A DNA stretch of 62,579 bases, filler included, from Globobulimina sp. (lineage: Eukaryota), in assembly GCA_003354225.1 (NCBI GenBank). It is 32 parts of 32 records of this genome, joined end to end, with 100 filler letters (N's around TTAATTAATTAA, not from the genome) between each part and the next. Parts side by side here need not be neighbours in the genome. Positions count along the whole stretch, not along the records: positions 35,275 to 37,133 come from PIVH01011163.1; positions 37,234 to 39,092 come from PIVH01011164.1; positions 39,193 to 41,050 come from PIVH01011165.1; positions 41,151 to 43,008 come from PIVH01011166.1; positions 43,109 to 44,966 come from PIVH01011167.1; positions 45,067 to 46,924 come from PIVH01011168.1; positions 47,025 to 48,882 come from PIVH01011169.1; 25 more parts are not named here. The stretch is one strand, 5' to 3'. A program made the translations under genes and the position numbers. Below, one piece after another: positions 35,275 through 48,503 of this stretch. Each line of letters opens with the position of its first letter. Position 1 is the stretch's first letter. The notes beneath the pieces were generated by a model. It was not told the origin of the DNA. It saw only the letters and a program-made list of their open reading frames with translations, and did not search any database.

Positions 35275-37133
35275 TTTTTTTTTCGTCCTCCTCCAGCTCG
35301 CCAACATGACCTTGCATCGTATCAATAACATTGGGGCCAACAGCATAGTCTTCGACAACTTCTTGGGACTCAATCTCAACACATTCGAATTCCAAATCCG
35401 TTTGTAGCGCATCAACCATTTGTTGCAAAATATCATCTGTTTCCACATTAAAATCGATTGCCTGGTTCTTGTCATTATTATTATTATCATCGTTGTGCTG
35501 CACTGATATCGATTGCTTGTTTTGTGCTGGCTCATTATTGATATTTTCAGGAAACAATGTATCATCAAACCAGTTATTATGCTGCTTCTTTTCCTGTTCG
35601 TTATTTGCAACAAATAGCCCATTCCAGTCATCACCAAACAACTCAGTAAGTTCAGCATTTTCATTCAATTTTGTATCGTCGAATTCTGCGCCAAAAATAT
35701 TTGTTTTTGCATTTAAATCTAACATATCCACAATATCCTGTTTTTTCATATTTTGTTGAACGCGGTGGATTGCTTCAATCCAATCTGTCATTTCTTGATA
35801 TGACCCTGCTGTAAATATAATATTTTCATATATTAATTCCTGATTTGATAATATTTCAAATCGAAACTGATCATCAACCACTTTTACTGCATAATATATC
35901 GACAAATCAAAGACTTGCACTGCCTCTTTATTTGTATCAATATCCGCATACAAAGATAACTTATCTTCTTTCAATACAATCCATTGTTGTGTGACTTGTG
36001 TGGAATTTGTAATTTGTGTTTGTAAATAACCATCTTTGTAAAATTTTAATTGATACAAAACATCGGAGATATTCTGACCAATTTGCTGGTTTTCATAATC
36101 CATTTTATCTAAAATCATGACATTGATTACGTGTTCGACAATGTCCCTAAATAAGTAGTATAAGATTACAATGGATACACTGCATTTCACTAAAAAAGAA
36201 TATTCAAAATATCCGCTGTAATCTTACCTAAACATATCTGTATTTCTTTTATTTACAATTTTCGAGCAATCAGCAATGTGATACATAACAATATCCAGCC
36301 ATTTCCTGTGTGGTCCTTTCGTTTTAAGTATGTCGAATACATTCAAATTGTCCACATTCTTTTTCGTTTGTTGCCGTTTGGAAATAATTACTAACCGATC
36401 ACCAATCAACATGCCATTATCAAATATGCCATCAATCAAAGCGTCATCGCCACCAAATATAATTCTCATCATATGTTTGAAAGCCATTTTAACAGCAATT
36501 CCATTGCATATCTTATCATTTAAATTAATACAAACAGCGAGAATTGCGTCAATGTCATTATTTTGGAGTGCAATATCAATGATGTTATCGATATCTATAA
36601 TTGCGGATTTATATTCATTTTCGTTTGTAATATTTAGTAAATTGATTGAATTTGCTGTTTTTTCTTCTTGTTTGACATTTTTATTTTTATTTTTATTTAT
36701 ATTTTTTGTAAACATTTTGTTTATGAATGAAGTAATTTTTGTATCTGCATTTGGTTTTGGTTTTAGTTGACATTTCCTATATTCTCTGACTATGCATTCA
36801 AAGATTTGTTGCACATTTTTGCACTTTTTATTGGCAACATATGCTTCAAAAAAAGGACAGTTTAATGATTTAGCAAAGGCTTTGCCTTTTTGTGTGGATA
36901 TTTTCCTTTGTTTTTGTAAATCAGATTTCATTGCAACGAGAACCATTGGTATGGTCTGACTTGATTTTGTTTGCCGGATTTCTTTGACCCATTGCTCTAA
37001 GATAGCAAGTGTTGATTCTGCTGTAATGGAATAAATAAGGATAAATGCATCCGAATCGCGGATAACATCCAAACGTAAATCAGCATATTCTTCTTGACCC
37101 TGAACATCTGAAATGTATATTGTTGATGTTTTA
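35275..37133 (-). CDS. Atypical Ras-like GTPase fused to a PH domain (intron 36147-36227), partial
   Basis: DVQGQEEY, FILIYSIT, LVAMKSDL and CPFFE are present. A GTAAG..TAG intron links in frame to a PH domain (KDGYL...WIVL...EMTDWIEAI). Confidence 0.75.
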
Positions 37134-37671
37134 NNNNNNNNNNNNNNNNNNNNNNNNNNNNNNNNNNNNNNNNNNNNTTAATTAATTAANNNNNNNNNNN
37201 NNNNNNNNNNNNNNNNNNNNNNNNNNNNNNNNNAATTAGCATAATTATAAGTCGCAGATTGACAAATCATATCACATTCATTATTTATCCAAAATGTGCC
37301 ATATTTGCGTGAATTACAAAACGACGAACCATCTTTTACATTTTTGGCAACAAACAGAAAGTCAAAGGTTGGATTGGTTGGATGTACCGCAATGATGCAA
37401 TGTTGACAGTTGATAAAACAATAATTTTTTATGGATGCTTTGTAATGCATTTTGGTGGCAAATATTTTATCTTCCACTCCTCGCTTTTCCTCCTCTTCCA
37501 TCTCATCATTATTACAAACAAACGCATCCTCCCAATCGTCGTAAGTACTCATCTCGATCGAATTTGCGCTGATTTTGTCATGTTGTGAATATGCCACAGC
37601 CTGAATACAAAAGATAAGTGTCAACCAACTCGAAATGCAATGTTTTTAGATATAAATATAAAAAAATACAG

Positions 37672-39092
37672 TTAGTTACATACATGATACCATTTTAAAA
37701 ATGGCTTTATTTTATAAACTCCCAACCAGCGATCAAACAAAACAATTAATAATTCGTCGCTGACCGCAATATCCAAAACCGCCGCTTCTTTCAAATATGA
37801 GTCGCAAAGTTCTTGTTTGTGTACAATTTTTGCTTTCTTTTCATTCAATTCATAGTTGATTATTTTATACGATTCTGGATGAAAAATATAAATATTATTG
37901 CCCACAAATCGTATTCTGCGATTTCTGCCAACAACTACTTTTTCTTTGATAGAAACTAACATTCGGACTGCCACCGTAATAAAATCATTACAGCCCTTTG
38001 GTCGAAGCACAAAAATGTATCTCCCCACAATACACGCAATATATCCATTTCTTTCGTTAATCGCAATCGATGATGGCACAATCTCCGAATTGACAAATAT
38101 TTTCAGTTTCAAATTAATAGATCGCTGATGGGGCAACACAAAATATATATTTTCAGTTTCAAACTATGGCAAATTCAGTTTGAAAAAAAATGAATATATT
38201 TTTTTTTCAGTTTCAAACTGAAAAAGTTAATGTCAATTTGGATAAAAAATGATCGAAACTGAAAAAACATCACATACTTTCGCAGATATTTTGAGCTGAC
38301 CATGGCCGACATCGTTATGTATATTCCATTTATTTTTCGCAATAATTCGACCGGTTTTATTCACAATTAACGAATTTCTGTATGGAGTGCCAAATACATC
38401 GATTAATCTCTTATTTATTTCGTATTTTTTGGAGATTGTCGGATATCGATTAATTCTTTTAATATCACCCATGCTTTGCATATCCCTCACATTTGCATAT
38501 CGGTGTCTATACACTTTATTTTCTACTATTTCAACTTTCCGATGCGGGCCATGCGGCCGTTCGTTTGTTTTAAATGTAACTAATCCTTCTTGCGGCGGAG
38601 CAGCATTACATAGCCAACATTTGTTGCGAGCGATAGAATTAATACATGTACATTGACACCGCCATGCCGTGAATCCAGGTTTATCGTTGCTTGCTTCTTC
38701 AGGTTTATCTTTCAAAAAATCTAGTTTCAAACAGAAAAAATCTAGTTTCAGACTGAAAAAATCTAATTTCAGACTGAAAAAATCTAATTTCAAACTGAAA
38801 AAATCTAGTTTGAAACTGAAAAACATATAAATGATGGATACCATATATTGGTTTTTTTTCATAAACTGGTTTTTGATGCAGCTCATGATGATCAGTCGGC
38901 TGTTCCTCTGTAATAAATGTAATTAGTCCTTCTTTTGGTTTTTTGCCAAGGCATAGTGCGCAATGCTGCTGATCCATATTATTAACGCCGGAACATTGGC
39001 ACAGCCACACTGTGAATGTCGGGTTCTCTTTGCGGGCTTTATCCGGGTTTGCACTTTCAATGATTGTCTGTCCCGGTTTGTACTTACCGTCA
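37672..39092 (-). CDS. Protein with two RanBP2-like zinc fingers and a beta-rich C-terminus (introns 38709-38841 and about 38125-38277)
   Basis: WLCQCSGVN.....CALC and WRCQCTCIN.....CWLC, each followed by P.EGL.TF. The introns restore the frame. Confidence 0.7.
38714..38818. repeat. Intronic 21-bp tandem repeat x5 (AAAAAATCTAGTTTCAAACTG consensus)
   Basis: Seen directly. Related units occur at 38101-38266. Confidence 0.9.
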
Positions 39093-39211
39093 NNNNNNNN
39101 NNNNNNNNNNNNNNNNNNNNNNNNNNNNNNNNNNNNTTAATTAATTAANNNNNNNNNNNNNNNNNNNNNNNNNNNNNNNNNNNNNNNNNNNNAGTTTCGG
39201 GTGTTTAAATT

Positions 39212-39285
39212 CCTACCCTCACCCTTTGATTCCCTAAAGGGAACAGCACACCTGGAATGGCATCCCCCTTTAGGGGCTAGGGGTA
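39212..39285. repeat. Bacterial REP-like palindromic doublet (Bacteroidota-style)
   Basis: CCTACCCTCACCC..CCCTAAAGGGAAC-spacer-CCCCCTTTAGGGGCTAGGGGTA; each half is self-complementary and the two halves are complementary to each other. Confidence 0.65.
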
Positions 39286-40983
39286 AGATGTTAAAAATTG
39301 GAGTTTAACATAGAAAAAGTTCCCCCAGTTTTATATGTTTCTACTGTTTTTATGGGCAAAACGCCAGAATGTTAATTAAATAGGGTGCAGTATTGAGAAA
39401 CGAACCGTAATTATCGCCATAATTGACAAAGACATATATCCAATTATGAAGCTAAGAAAATATTTCACAAACAGTATCTGGAAGCTAAAGGCCATGCAAC
39501 GGGCAAAACAGCTAAATTCATTACAAAAGCGTAACAAAGAACTTGTCAAAAGCCGCGATAAGGCAAAAGAAAAGAGCAATATATTAAGGACTAAGAACGA
39601 ACAATTGGAAGAAAAAATAGCAGAGCTGGAATACGAATTAAAAAAAAACTAAAGCCCACAGATCCCAAACCTAGAAACCACAGTTTTAGCACAACGGCTA
39701 TACGAATGCTATTGACAATAACATTAAATGGTTCGGTAAAGTTCAGGAGCTTGGAAAGAGATTGTAGAATAAGAGAGGAAATCAATAAGATATCTGGTCA
39801 ATCGCCAAGCCATGTTACTATAAGAAACTGGGTATTAAAAATCGGTTACTATGAACTATCCTATCATAAGGAGAACGCAGAAGATTGGATAATTTTATTG
39901 GATCACAGCATTCAATTTGGGCGAGAAAAGATATTTGTCGTCTTGGGAATAACGGAAAGGGATTTTCTAACAATCAAACGCCCTTTGCAATATGCCGACA
40001 TGAAGACACTGCTAATGGTAAACAAAACCAGTTGGAACGGTGATCTGGTGGCAGAAGAGTTAAGGAAGCTGGAAGCTACGATAGGACAAATTAAGTATGC
40101 CGTAGGAGATTACGGGAGCGACTTGCGCAAGGGGTTGTCACTGTCAAAAATACCCCACGTACACGATCTGTCACACCTAATAGCATTGGCAACAGAAAAG
40201 TTGTATAAAAACGATGATAGGTTTGCTGGATTTAAAAGCAAAATGAGCACAATGAGGAGCAAGTTCGTTCAAACCGACATAGCCGCCATTGTCCCTCCCA
40301 AAGGACGAAAAAAAGCGGAATATCAGAGTTTTGACAAAATCATTAAGTGGGGGAATGCAGCTTTAGACTTACTTGACAATAAGTTAAATACTCCAGAGCA
40401 GATAAGATACTTGCAGGAATATTTTGAGACAACCACGCTTGATAAAATTAAAGCGGAGTTGTCTTGGATTTATGATTATTCAGAATTGATCTCAGAGTTG
40501 TCCGAAATAAACCATTCTGTAAAAGCACTTGAAAAAGAGCTTAAACACAATGGGCTGTCAATATCAAGTCTTAAAAAAAGCAAGAATATATTGGCGCAAC
40601 TCAAAAGCAAAAATGGAGATTCTTTTCGGCAAATACTAAATTTAAAACTAGACCAACAAAAGAAGTTGTTGCCCGATACAAAAACCGTTTTGTTTTCTTC
40701 GGATATCCTAGAGTCTGTATTCGGGAAATACAAGAATAGGGTAAGTGATAATCCAATGGCATCAATTACATCACTTATGTTAATTATCGCATCATTTACC
40801 TGCAAGTTAGATCAAGAAAGTATTAAGGAGAGCATGGAAAACGTAAAAATTGAAGACATAAAAAAATGGTCGAAAAAAAACATTGGAGTTAGCTTATTTG
40901 CGAAGAGAAAAATCTTATTGTCAGCTTGATACAAAAAACTGGGGGAACTTTTTTATCAAAAACTATGAATTTTTAACGTCTTA
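39284..40983 (+). mobile_element. Complete bacterial insertion sequence, about 1.7 kb, family not assigned
   Basis: 49-bp imperfect TIRs at 39284-39332 and 40935-40983. The outer block TAAGAYGTTAAAAATT matches 15/16 and the inner block AAAAAGTTCCCCCAGTTTT matches 19/19. They enclose a DDE-like ORF pair. Confidence 0.88.
39446..40929 (+). CDS. DDE transposase encoded as orfA (39446-39652) plus orfB in the -1 frame, joined at A9 (39640-39648)
   Basis: The orfB frame is open back through the A9 run (KKKLKPTDPKPRNHSFS..). HTH-like SHVTIRNWVLKIG; candidate catalytic motifs LDHS, VGDYG, HDLSH and SSDILESVFGKYK. Confidence 0.8.
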
Positions 40984-41337
40984 GGTAGCGGCTAATATGA
41001 GTACTACGAATTAAGAATTGGGACACATACATAATATTAAAGGCATGGTTNNNNNNNNNNNNNNNNNNNNNNNNNNNNNNNNNNNNNNNNNNNNTTAATT
41101 AATTAANNNNNNNNNNNNNNNNNNNNNNNNNNNNNNNNNNNNNNNNNNNNAATCTTAACAAACAATGAATACATCTACAGAATATTATTTTAATTCTGGT
41201 TATGCAATTTAATGTAGCTGGTGTTACCAACCGCTGTTTCGCAACTTATAACCTCGCGTGCATGAAAAAGAAATAAAAGTGTTCAATTGCAAAACCACAA
41301 CAGAATTGAAAATTAAACTCAACATTTAATCTGACAA

Positions 41338-42156
41338 ATGAAGTGTATTCTTACTTTATTCTGTGCAATGTATTTATCATTGATTTATGCAGCAGGCGGA
41401 GAGGATGACATTGACAAATCAAACTATTTACTTTATGTTCGGCTGCCCAACATCGACACACCAGTAGCAATACAAGTATCAAGCAGTGGAAAAGTCTCAG
41501 AAATTAGAGATGCGATTATTAGAGATGATATTATTTTGACTTTGGAATCAACAGCTTTTAACATAATGTTTGGTGGACAAAGATGTGATTTTGATGCTGC
41601 GTTATCTGATTATGGAATTGGTGCGGAAGCAGAAGTAGGAATTAAATATTGTGAATTTCAGGACTTAACAAGGCTTAACGCGCTCGAGATTGAATTTAGT
41701 GGGGAGTATGATTGGGACAAATTGAGATCAGCCATAGTTGAACAATTAAGTTCTTTTGAGGGTGAGAGAGTAGCGACCTGTATTAATGGTCGTATGGGAA
41801 GCGTATGGTATATTCGTAAAAATGAGTATGGGGAATATGAATATTATCGGGAGCATGATGGACAATATGAAACTCCTCCATACAAACAGCTAGATGAATT
41901 TCTCGAAGGTATTCCAGAGGAAAGACGCTTTTATTTACCATTTGATGATACACATTCAGAATCAGATGATGATGATATTGGTCCACCACCACCAGATTCG
42001 GAAAATGAATCAAAAAATATGCTGATTATCGCGTGCCTGTTGGGGAGTGTAAGTGTTGCGGCATTATCAATGGTGGTTATTATATTTATATGTATGAAAT
42101 GTGAATGTGAAAAGACATCAGCAGTGCAACCAAGCAACACTCATAATACAGTGTAA
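41338..42156 (+). CDS. Type I membrane protein with a ubiquitin-like ectodomain
   Basis: Signal peptide; UBL-like LYVRLP...IQVSSSGKVSEIRDAI...IMFGGQ.....LSDYGIGAEAEV; acidic linker; C-terminal TM helix. Confidence 0.7.
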   Translation: MKCILTLFCAMYLSLIYAAGGEDDIDKSNYLLYVRLPNIDTPVAIQVSSSGKVSEIRDAIIRDDIILTLESTAFNIMFGGQRCDFDAALSDYGIGAEAEVGIKYCEFQDLTRLNALEIEFSGEYDWDKLRSAIVEQLSSFEGERVATCINGRMGSVWYIRKNEYGEYEYYREHDGQYETPPYKQLDEFLEGIPEERRFYLPFDDTHSESDDDDIGPPPPDSENESKNMLIIACLLGSVSVAALSMVVIIFICMKCECEKTSAVQPSNTHNTV

Positions 42157-42355
42157 TTAATATTGTTGTTGTGTTTGATGGTAAAAATAATTGATTAAAG
42201 TTGTTAATTTTGATAGTAAATTGATTCTTTGTTTAAATTGTTTTTTAATTCTTTAAAACATTACCCATTTCCTGTGAGAGTTAATACATGCAGACTTGAT
42301 CATATTTCTTTTTTTAAAATCACATTTTTTACATCACATCCCAAAATCTAAGGCA

Positions 42356-43008
42356 ATGTCAGCGTTACAAGTAGAAACAACCACAGAAGTTGCATTTACA
42401 CACAAGAACATCACACATTGGACAAACCAAAATCTATTGGCTTGGGTAAGAACTATTGGTCTAGAAATTAAATGGGAAACAATAATGACAGACGCCATCA
42501 AATCTACAGCATGCACTGGCAAACATTTGTTAATTGCTAAAAATTTTAAAGATTTTGCAAAAGTATTACATATAAAACAACCAATGTTAGCAAATAGGGT
42601 ATTTCGAGAATTTAAAAAAGTAAAACAAAAACAAAAACAAATAAATGATATTGATGAACCACAGCAAGCAGCAATTATCCCCGCATGGAAAGTCAAAGAC
42701 ATCGATGAATGGACATGTCCCGAATTGCAAGAATGGGCTCACTCTTTAAATCTAAAAAACAAAACGCAGACAAAAGTGGTTGACGCCATAGCAGAGCAAG
42801 AAATTACTGGCATTGACTTTAATTCATTAGAAGAGGTCGTTGATGTTATGGACTCCTTTGAAATCAAAAAAATGTCTGCCACAAAAATATTTTCCGCATT
42901 GGAAAGAATTAGAGGAAAAACAAACATTTTCGATGAAAATGAGATTTTAGACACTCTGAAATCTAATTTGAAGCAATTGCAAAGTGTAGAAACGCAAATT
43001 AATGAATT
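42356..43008 (+). CDS. Tandem SAM-like domain protein (partial)
   Basis: Two repeats: ITHWTNQNLLAWV...TGKHL and IDEWTCPELQEWA...EQEITGIDF. Confidence 0.65.
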
Positions 43009-44222
43009 NNNNNNNNNNNNNNNNNNNNNNNNNNNNNNNNNNNNNNNNNNNNTTAATTAATTAANNNNNNNNNNNNNNNNNNNNNNNNNNNNNNNNNNNN
43101 NNNNNNNNTGTCTGGATAAAGCAGACGGGTCACCCGGTACATATATCTGAGAGTTGATTAACTTTTTGAATATATGATCCCGTGCCGAACTCCTACTTAA
43201 GCTACCTACTTTCTAACTGACCTAGACTTATGGGAAACATTTTCCATATGACCAGTGGAGATGTGTCTGTACAGTCTACTCATAATATGCGTATATCTTA
43301 TCGGGAACACCTCTGTACACCAAATGTTGGATTCTTCAAATATTGAATTTGTATTGACTCTTAGAAAAAAGTTAGTTGGCATGATTCTAATCAATGTATC
43401 GATTCTAAAACCAAATCATTTCTAACCAATTGACTCGTGCTAACTAACTTTTTTCTAAGTACTAATACTTAAAAGTGAATTGCATGCAAGGAGCGTGGAT
43501 TAATTAAAAATACTCATTCCACTCCTCACTTGACCTCATTATAAAATCAAAAATCATTTGAAAAATAGTCCTCCACTGTATCCTTCATTCATTTTTCATT
43601 TTTCATCATAATAATCCAATAATTATTTCCAATCCAATAATTATAATTTCTATAATACAACGTGATGAAGATGCAGTTTGATATACTGCATTTTCACGTT
43701 ATATTATAAATAATTCATTTCATTCCCGCCGCCTTAATTCGTGACGGCTTTGCTTCAAATAATTCGCCGCCTTAAGACGTGACGGCATTTGCTTATCATA
43801 TTCTGAGCTTGCGTGTCATAGCAAATAATCCATACGTCCATTCCATTCCATCTGCAAAAAAATACCCGTATTTGCGCCAAATACCACACACTCCACACAT
43901 TTTAAAGCTATATAATGACTATAAAATGGATATTATTGATAGCTAATCACCACCAAAACTATCAACATAGAATTGCATATTTCAAGAATATTTAGGTTCA
44001 TTTTATTATTGTATAATCACTTTTTGTTTGTGTTTCTGTTGAATTAGCTAATTGCTTCCACGTAATTGCATATTGTTTATCAAATCCATGCGGAATTAAA
44101 TGTATTAAATCTTGGATATTTAGCATCAATGTTAAATCTTTGGTATGATGTAAAAAACATAGGAGGGGACAAGCCCCTAAAACCCTAGAGGAATTTTTTT
44201 CTTTTTGGAAATATTTTATATC

Positions 44223-44510
44223 AAAATGACAATAATCCATGAAAATGGAAATAATCCATGAAAAATGATAATAATCCATGAAAATGAGAATAATCGATCA
44301 AAAATGAGAATAATCGATGAAAATGAGAATAATACATGAAAATGACAGTAATCCATGAAAATGACAATAATCCATGAAAATGACAATAATCCATGAAAAT
44401 CCATGAAAATGACACTAATCCATCGAAAATCATAATATTTTGGAGATTCTCCATGAAAAATGAGAATAATCCATGAAAATGACAATAATCGAGAATAATG
44501 CATGAAAATC
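44223..44510. repeat. Minisatellite, about 14 imperfect 19-20-bp units (AAAATGACAATAATCCATG)
   Basis: Head-to-tail units with no unique spacers; followed by AAAATTCTCGGG x3 at about 44580-44625. Confidence 0.92.
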
Positions 44511-45201
44511 AGAATATTTACGATATTTGATAGATTTTACTACACTTTGTTCGCGAAAAGTTCGACTGGTGTAAAAATTGAAAATTCTCGGGAAAATGGA
44601 AAATTCTCGGGAAAATTCTCGGGAAAATCGAGGGGGGTGAAATTGATGAATAGTGGGGTAAAAAAATTTTAAGTGAAAAACTTTTTAGTGACACACTCAA
44701 AGCATAATTGGTGTAGTACGTAGTACGTACGTACGTGACTAAATAAAACACCGAACTTCGTGGTTGTGAGTTTCAAAAAATTAATTTAGAATTGAGAAAT
44801 TTCTTATAAACCCTAGATTGAATCACTTCGTTAGATTCCTCTAGGGGATAAACTATTTGTTGATCTGAAATTGCCACAACGCAATTACTACACTCAACAC
44901 AAATCCACAAACATCAACAGCAATCTCAACTACCTCGCAAAGACATATGAATTTATTGAATATCTGNNNNNNNNNNNNNNNNNNNNNNNNNNNNNNNNNN
45001 NNNNNNNNNNTTAATTAATTAANNNNNNNNNNNNNNNNNNNNNNNNNNNNNNNNNNNNNNNNNNNNAAACCTCACCCAAACTACATCTTTACCATCTCGA
45101 CCGCCAGTCCGTCATTAAAAACAAAAAAAAACAAAAAAAAAATTGAATTATTTATTATTTAAATTAATTAGATTATTTAAATTGGAACCTGCAACAAATA
45201 G

Positions 45202-46924
<1,723 letters not shown>

Positions 46925-47024
46925 NNNNNNNNNNNNNNNNNNNNNNNNNNNNNNNNNNNNNNNNNNNNTTAATTAATTAANNNNNNNNNNNNNNNNNNNN
47001 NNNNNNNNNNNNNNNNNNNNNNNN

Positions 47025-48503
47025 TTGTTTCGGCACTGTGTCAAAGGCCCAATGACCTTCAAAATATGCTCCAATGCCAGGTTGCCAATTCGGTCTCTCT
47101 CCATTTGTGGCACCATCCGTGTACAAATTTACTGTGGGTCTATTTCCAACGCCAGCAACATCATAAACGCTGACCCTGTCACAAATATACATGTACTTAA
47201 TCCAGAGATTCGCATCTTTGATTTCGTGATCTATAAAATACATCAAAGTCACATCATCACCGTGAATACGTTTATGCGCTGTTAGTTTCATGCGCATTCT
47301 GCGTAAGAATGCCGTTCCAGGCCACATTAATGCTGCCATCCATGTAAGTGTTCCCATCAATGATTCGTATTTATCGCTCATCAACATTCTGCAGCAAACT
47401 ATAATTATTAAACTTAATAAACATTTTTTCTTCTTGTCTGGGCCTGGACCGACTGTCATATCCGTTGAGTCATAAACGAGTCCACATACTTCCATTATCC
47501 ATGAAACTAATTTACGTTTCTCTGCCTTCTCAATATAACCACTCAACTTCAGAAATTCAAAGAATTTGTACATTAAAAGTGATTCTCTTTCACGATTCGA
47601 AAATGGATATGATTTGATAAAGCCAATATGGTCGTCAATGTACACCAAATTTTCAATTCTCTCATTATAAAATAAAAACGGTCGAATCCATTCTTTAAAG
47701 GCCAAAAGTAGCACATTGCCAAAGTCTTGAGAGTGCTTTGACGCTCCTTTGGATCCATAAATATCACATGTATCCACCAAATCAATCCCCATAAATTTAT
47801 AGCCCATGAATTTCCATTCACTTCGAGCCATTCCAAGCTGTCTAAAGGCGTCGGAACCATCAGTTTTGAACATCAGGCAAAATCTGCCCATAATAATTAA
47901 TTGTTTGCAGAAGTCCTTGCATAAAGGAACCTGCATTTTATAATCGATTGGAGCGGTTAGCTCATTGATACTGTATGTCCATAATGAGGAGAAAGTTGCA
48001 TGTCTACAGATCCTCGCTTTGCTGTTCCGTCTCGTCCACATTGTTAGAGGTCCACCGGTCTTCTTATCCACAGCGACTAATTGAATAAAATTAAGAATTG
48101 GCTCGTCATCATTTAATAATGCCTGTTTAGGGCCAATTTTGCCTAATTCCATCTGCTCTGATAAATTTGTACCAATTTCTATCAGTTCTAAGACATTCCA
48201 ATCCTTCATCCTTTTCACTTTATCATTCATGGGAATGTTGTAATTGTTCGTTATCCCAAGTTTCCATCCATGAATGAGACAAATTAATGTTTGATTAATA
48301 AGAATATTTAATTTTCGATCATTTCCAATAGGAATTTGCTTGATTGCATTGATTAAAAAAGAATTATACGGATTTTGATGTAATTTGGAATGTTTATATT
48401 TAAAATTACGACATGCTTTTTGAAAACGACATTTTACGATATCCCACAATATATTATTCCATACGGTGGGATTCGTGTGTAATGCTATATAATTTTGACA
48501 TAA
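47025..48503 (-). mobile_element. DIRS/Ngaro-type retrotransposon pol (RT plus start of RNase H)
   Basis: SINE, KTDGSDAFRQL, DTCDIYG, VYIDD, SLMGTLTW...PGTAFLRR, and RNase H LYTDG...GIGAYFEGHW. Confidence 0.85.

Noticed and set aside
38705..38886. FSLKLDF / RFFQSEI peptide repeats in ORFs 38233..38886 and 38705..39010
   Set aside because: They are translations of an intronic 21-bp tandem repeat.
44164..44190. Helitron 3' end (hairpin followed by CTAG)
   Set aside because: The stem is only 5 bp, CTAG is followed by A rather than T, and no 5' TC end or Rep/Hel gene was found.
44223..44510. CRISPR array
   Set aside because: The units are head-to-tail with no unique spacers, and there are no cas genes. 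The three overlapping minus-strand ORFs are repeat artefacts.
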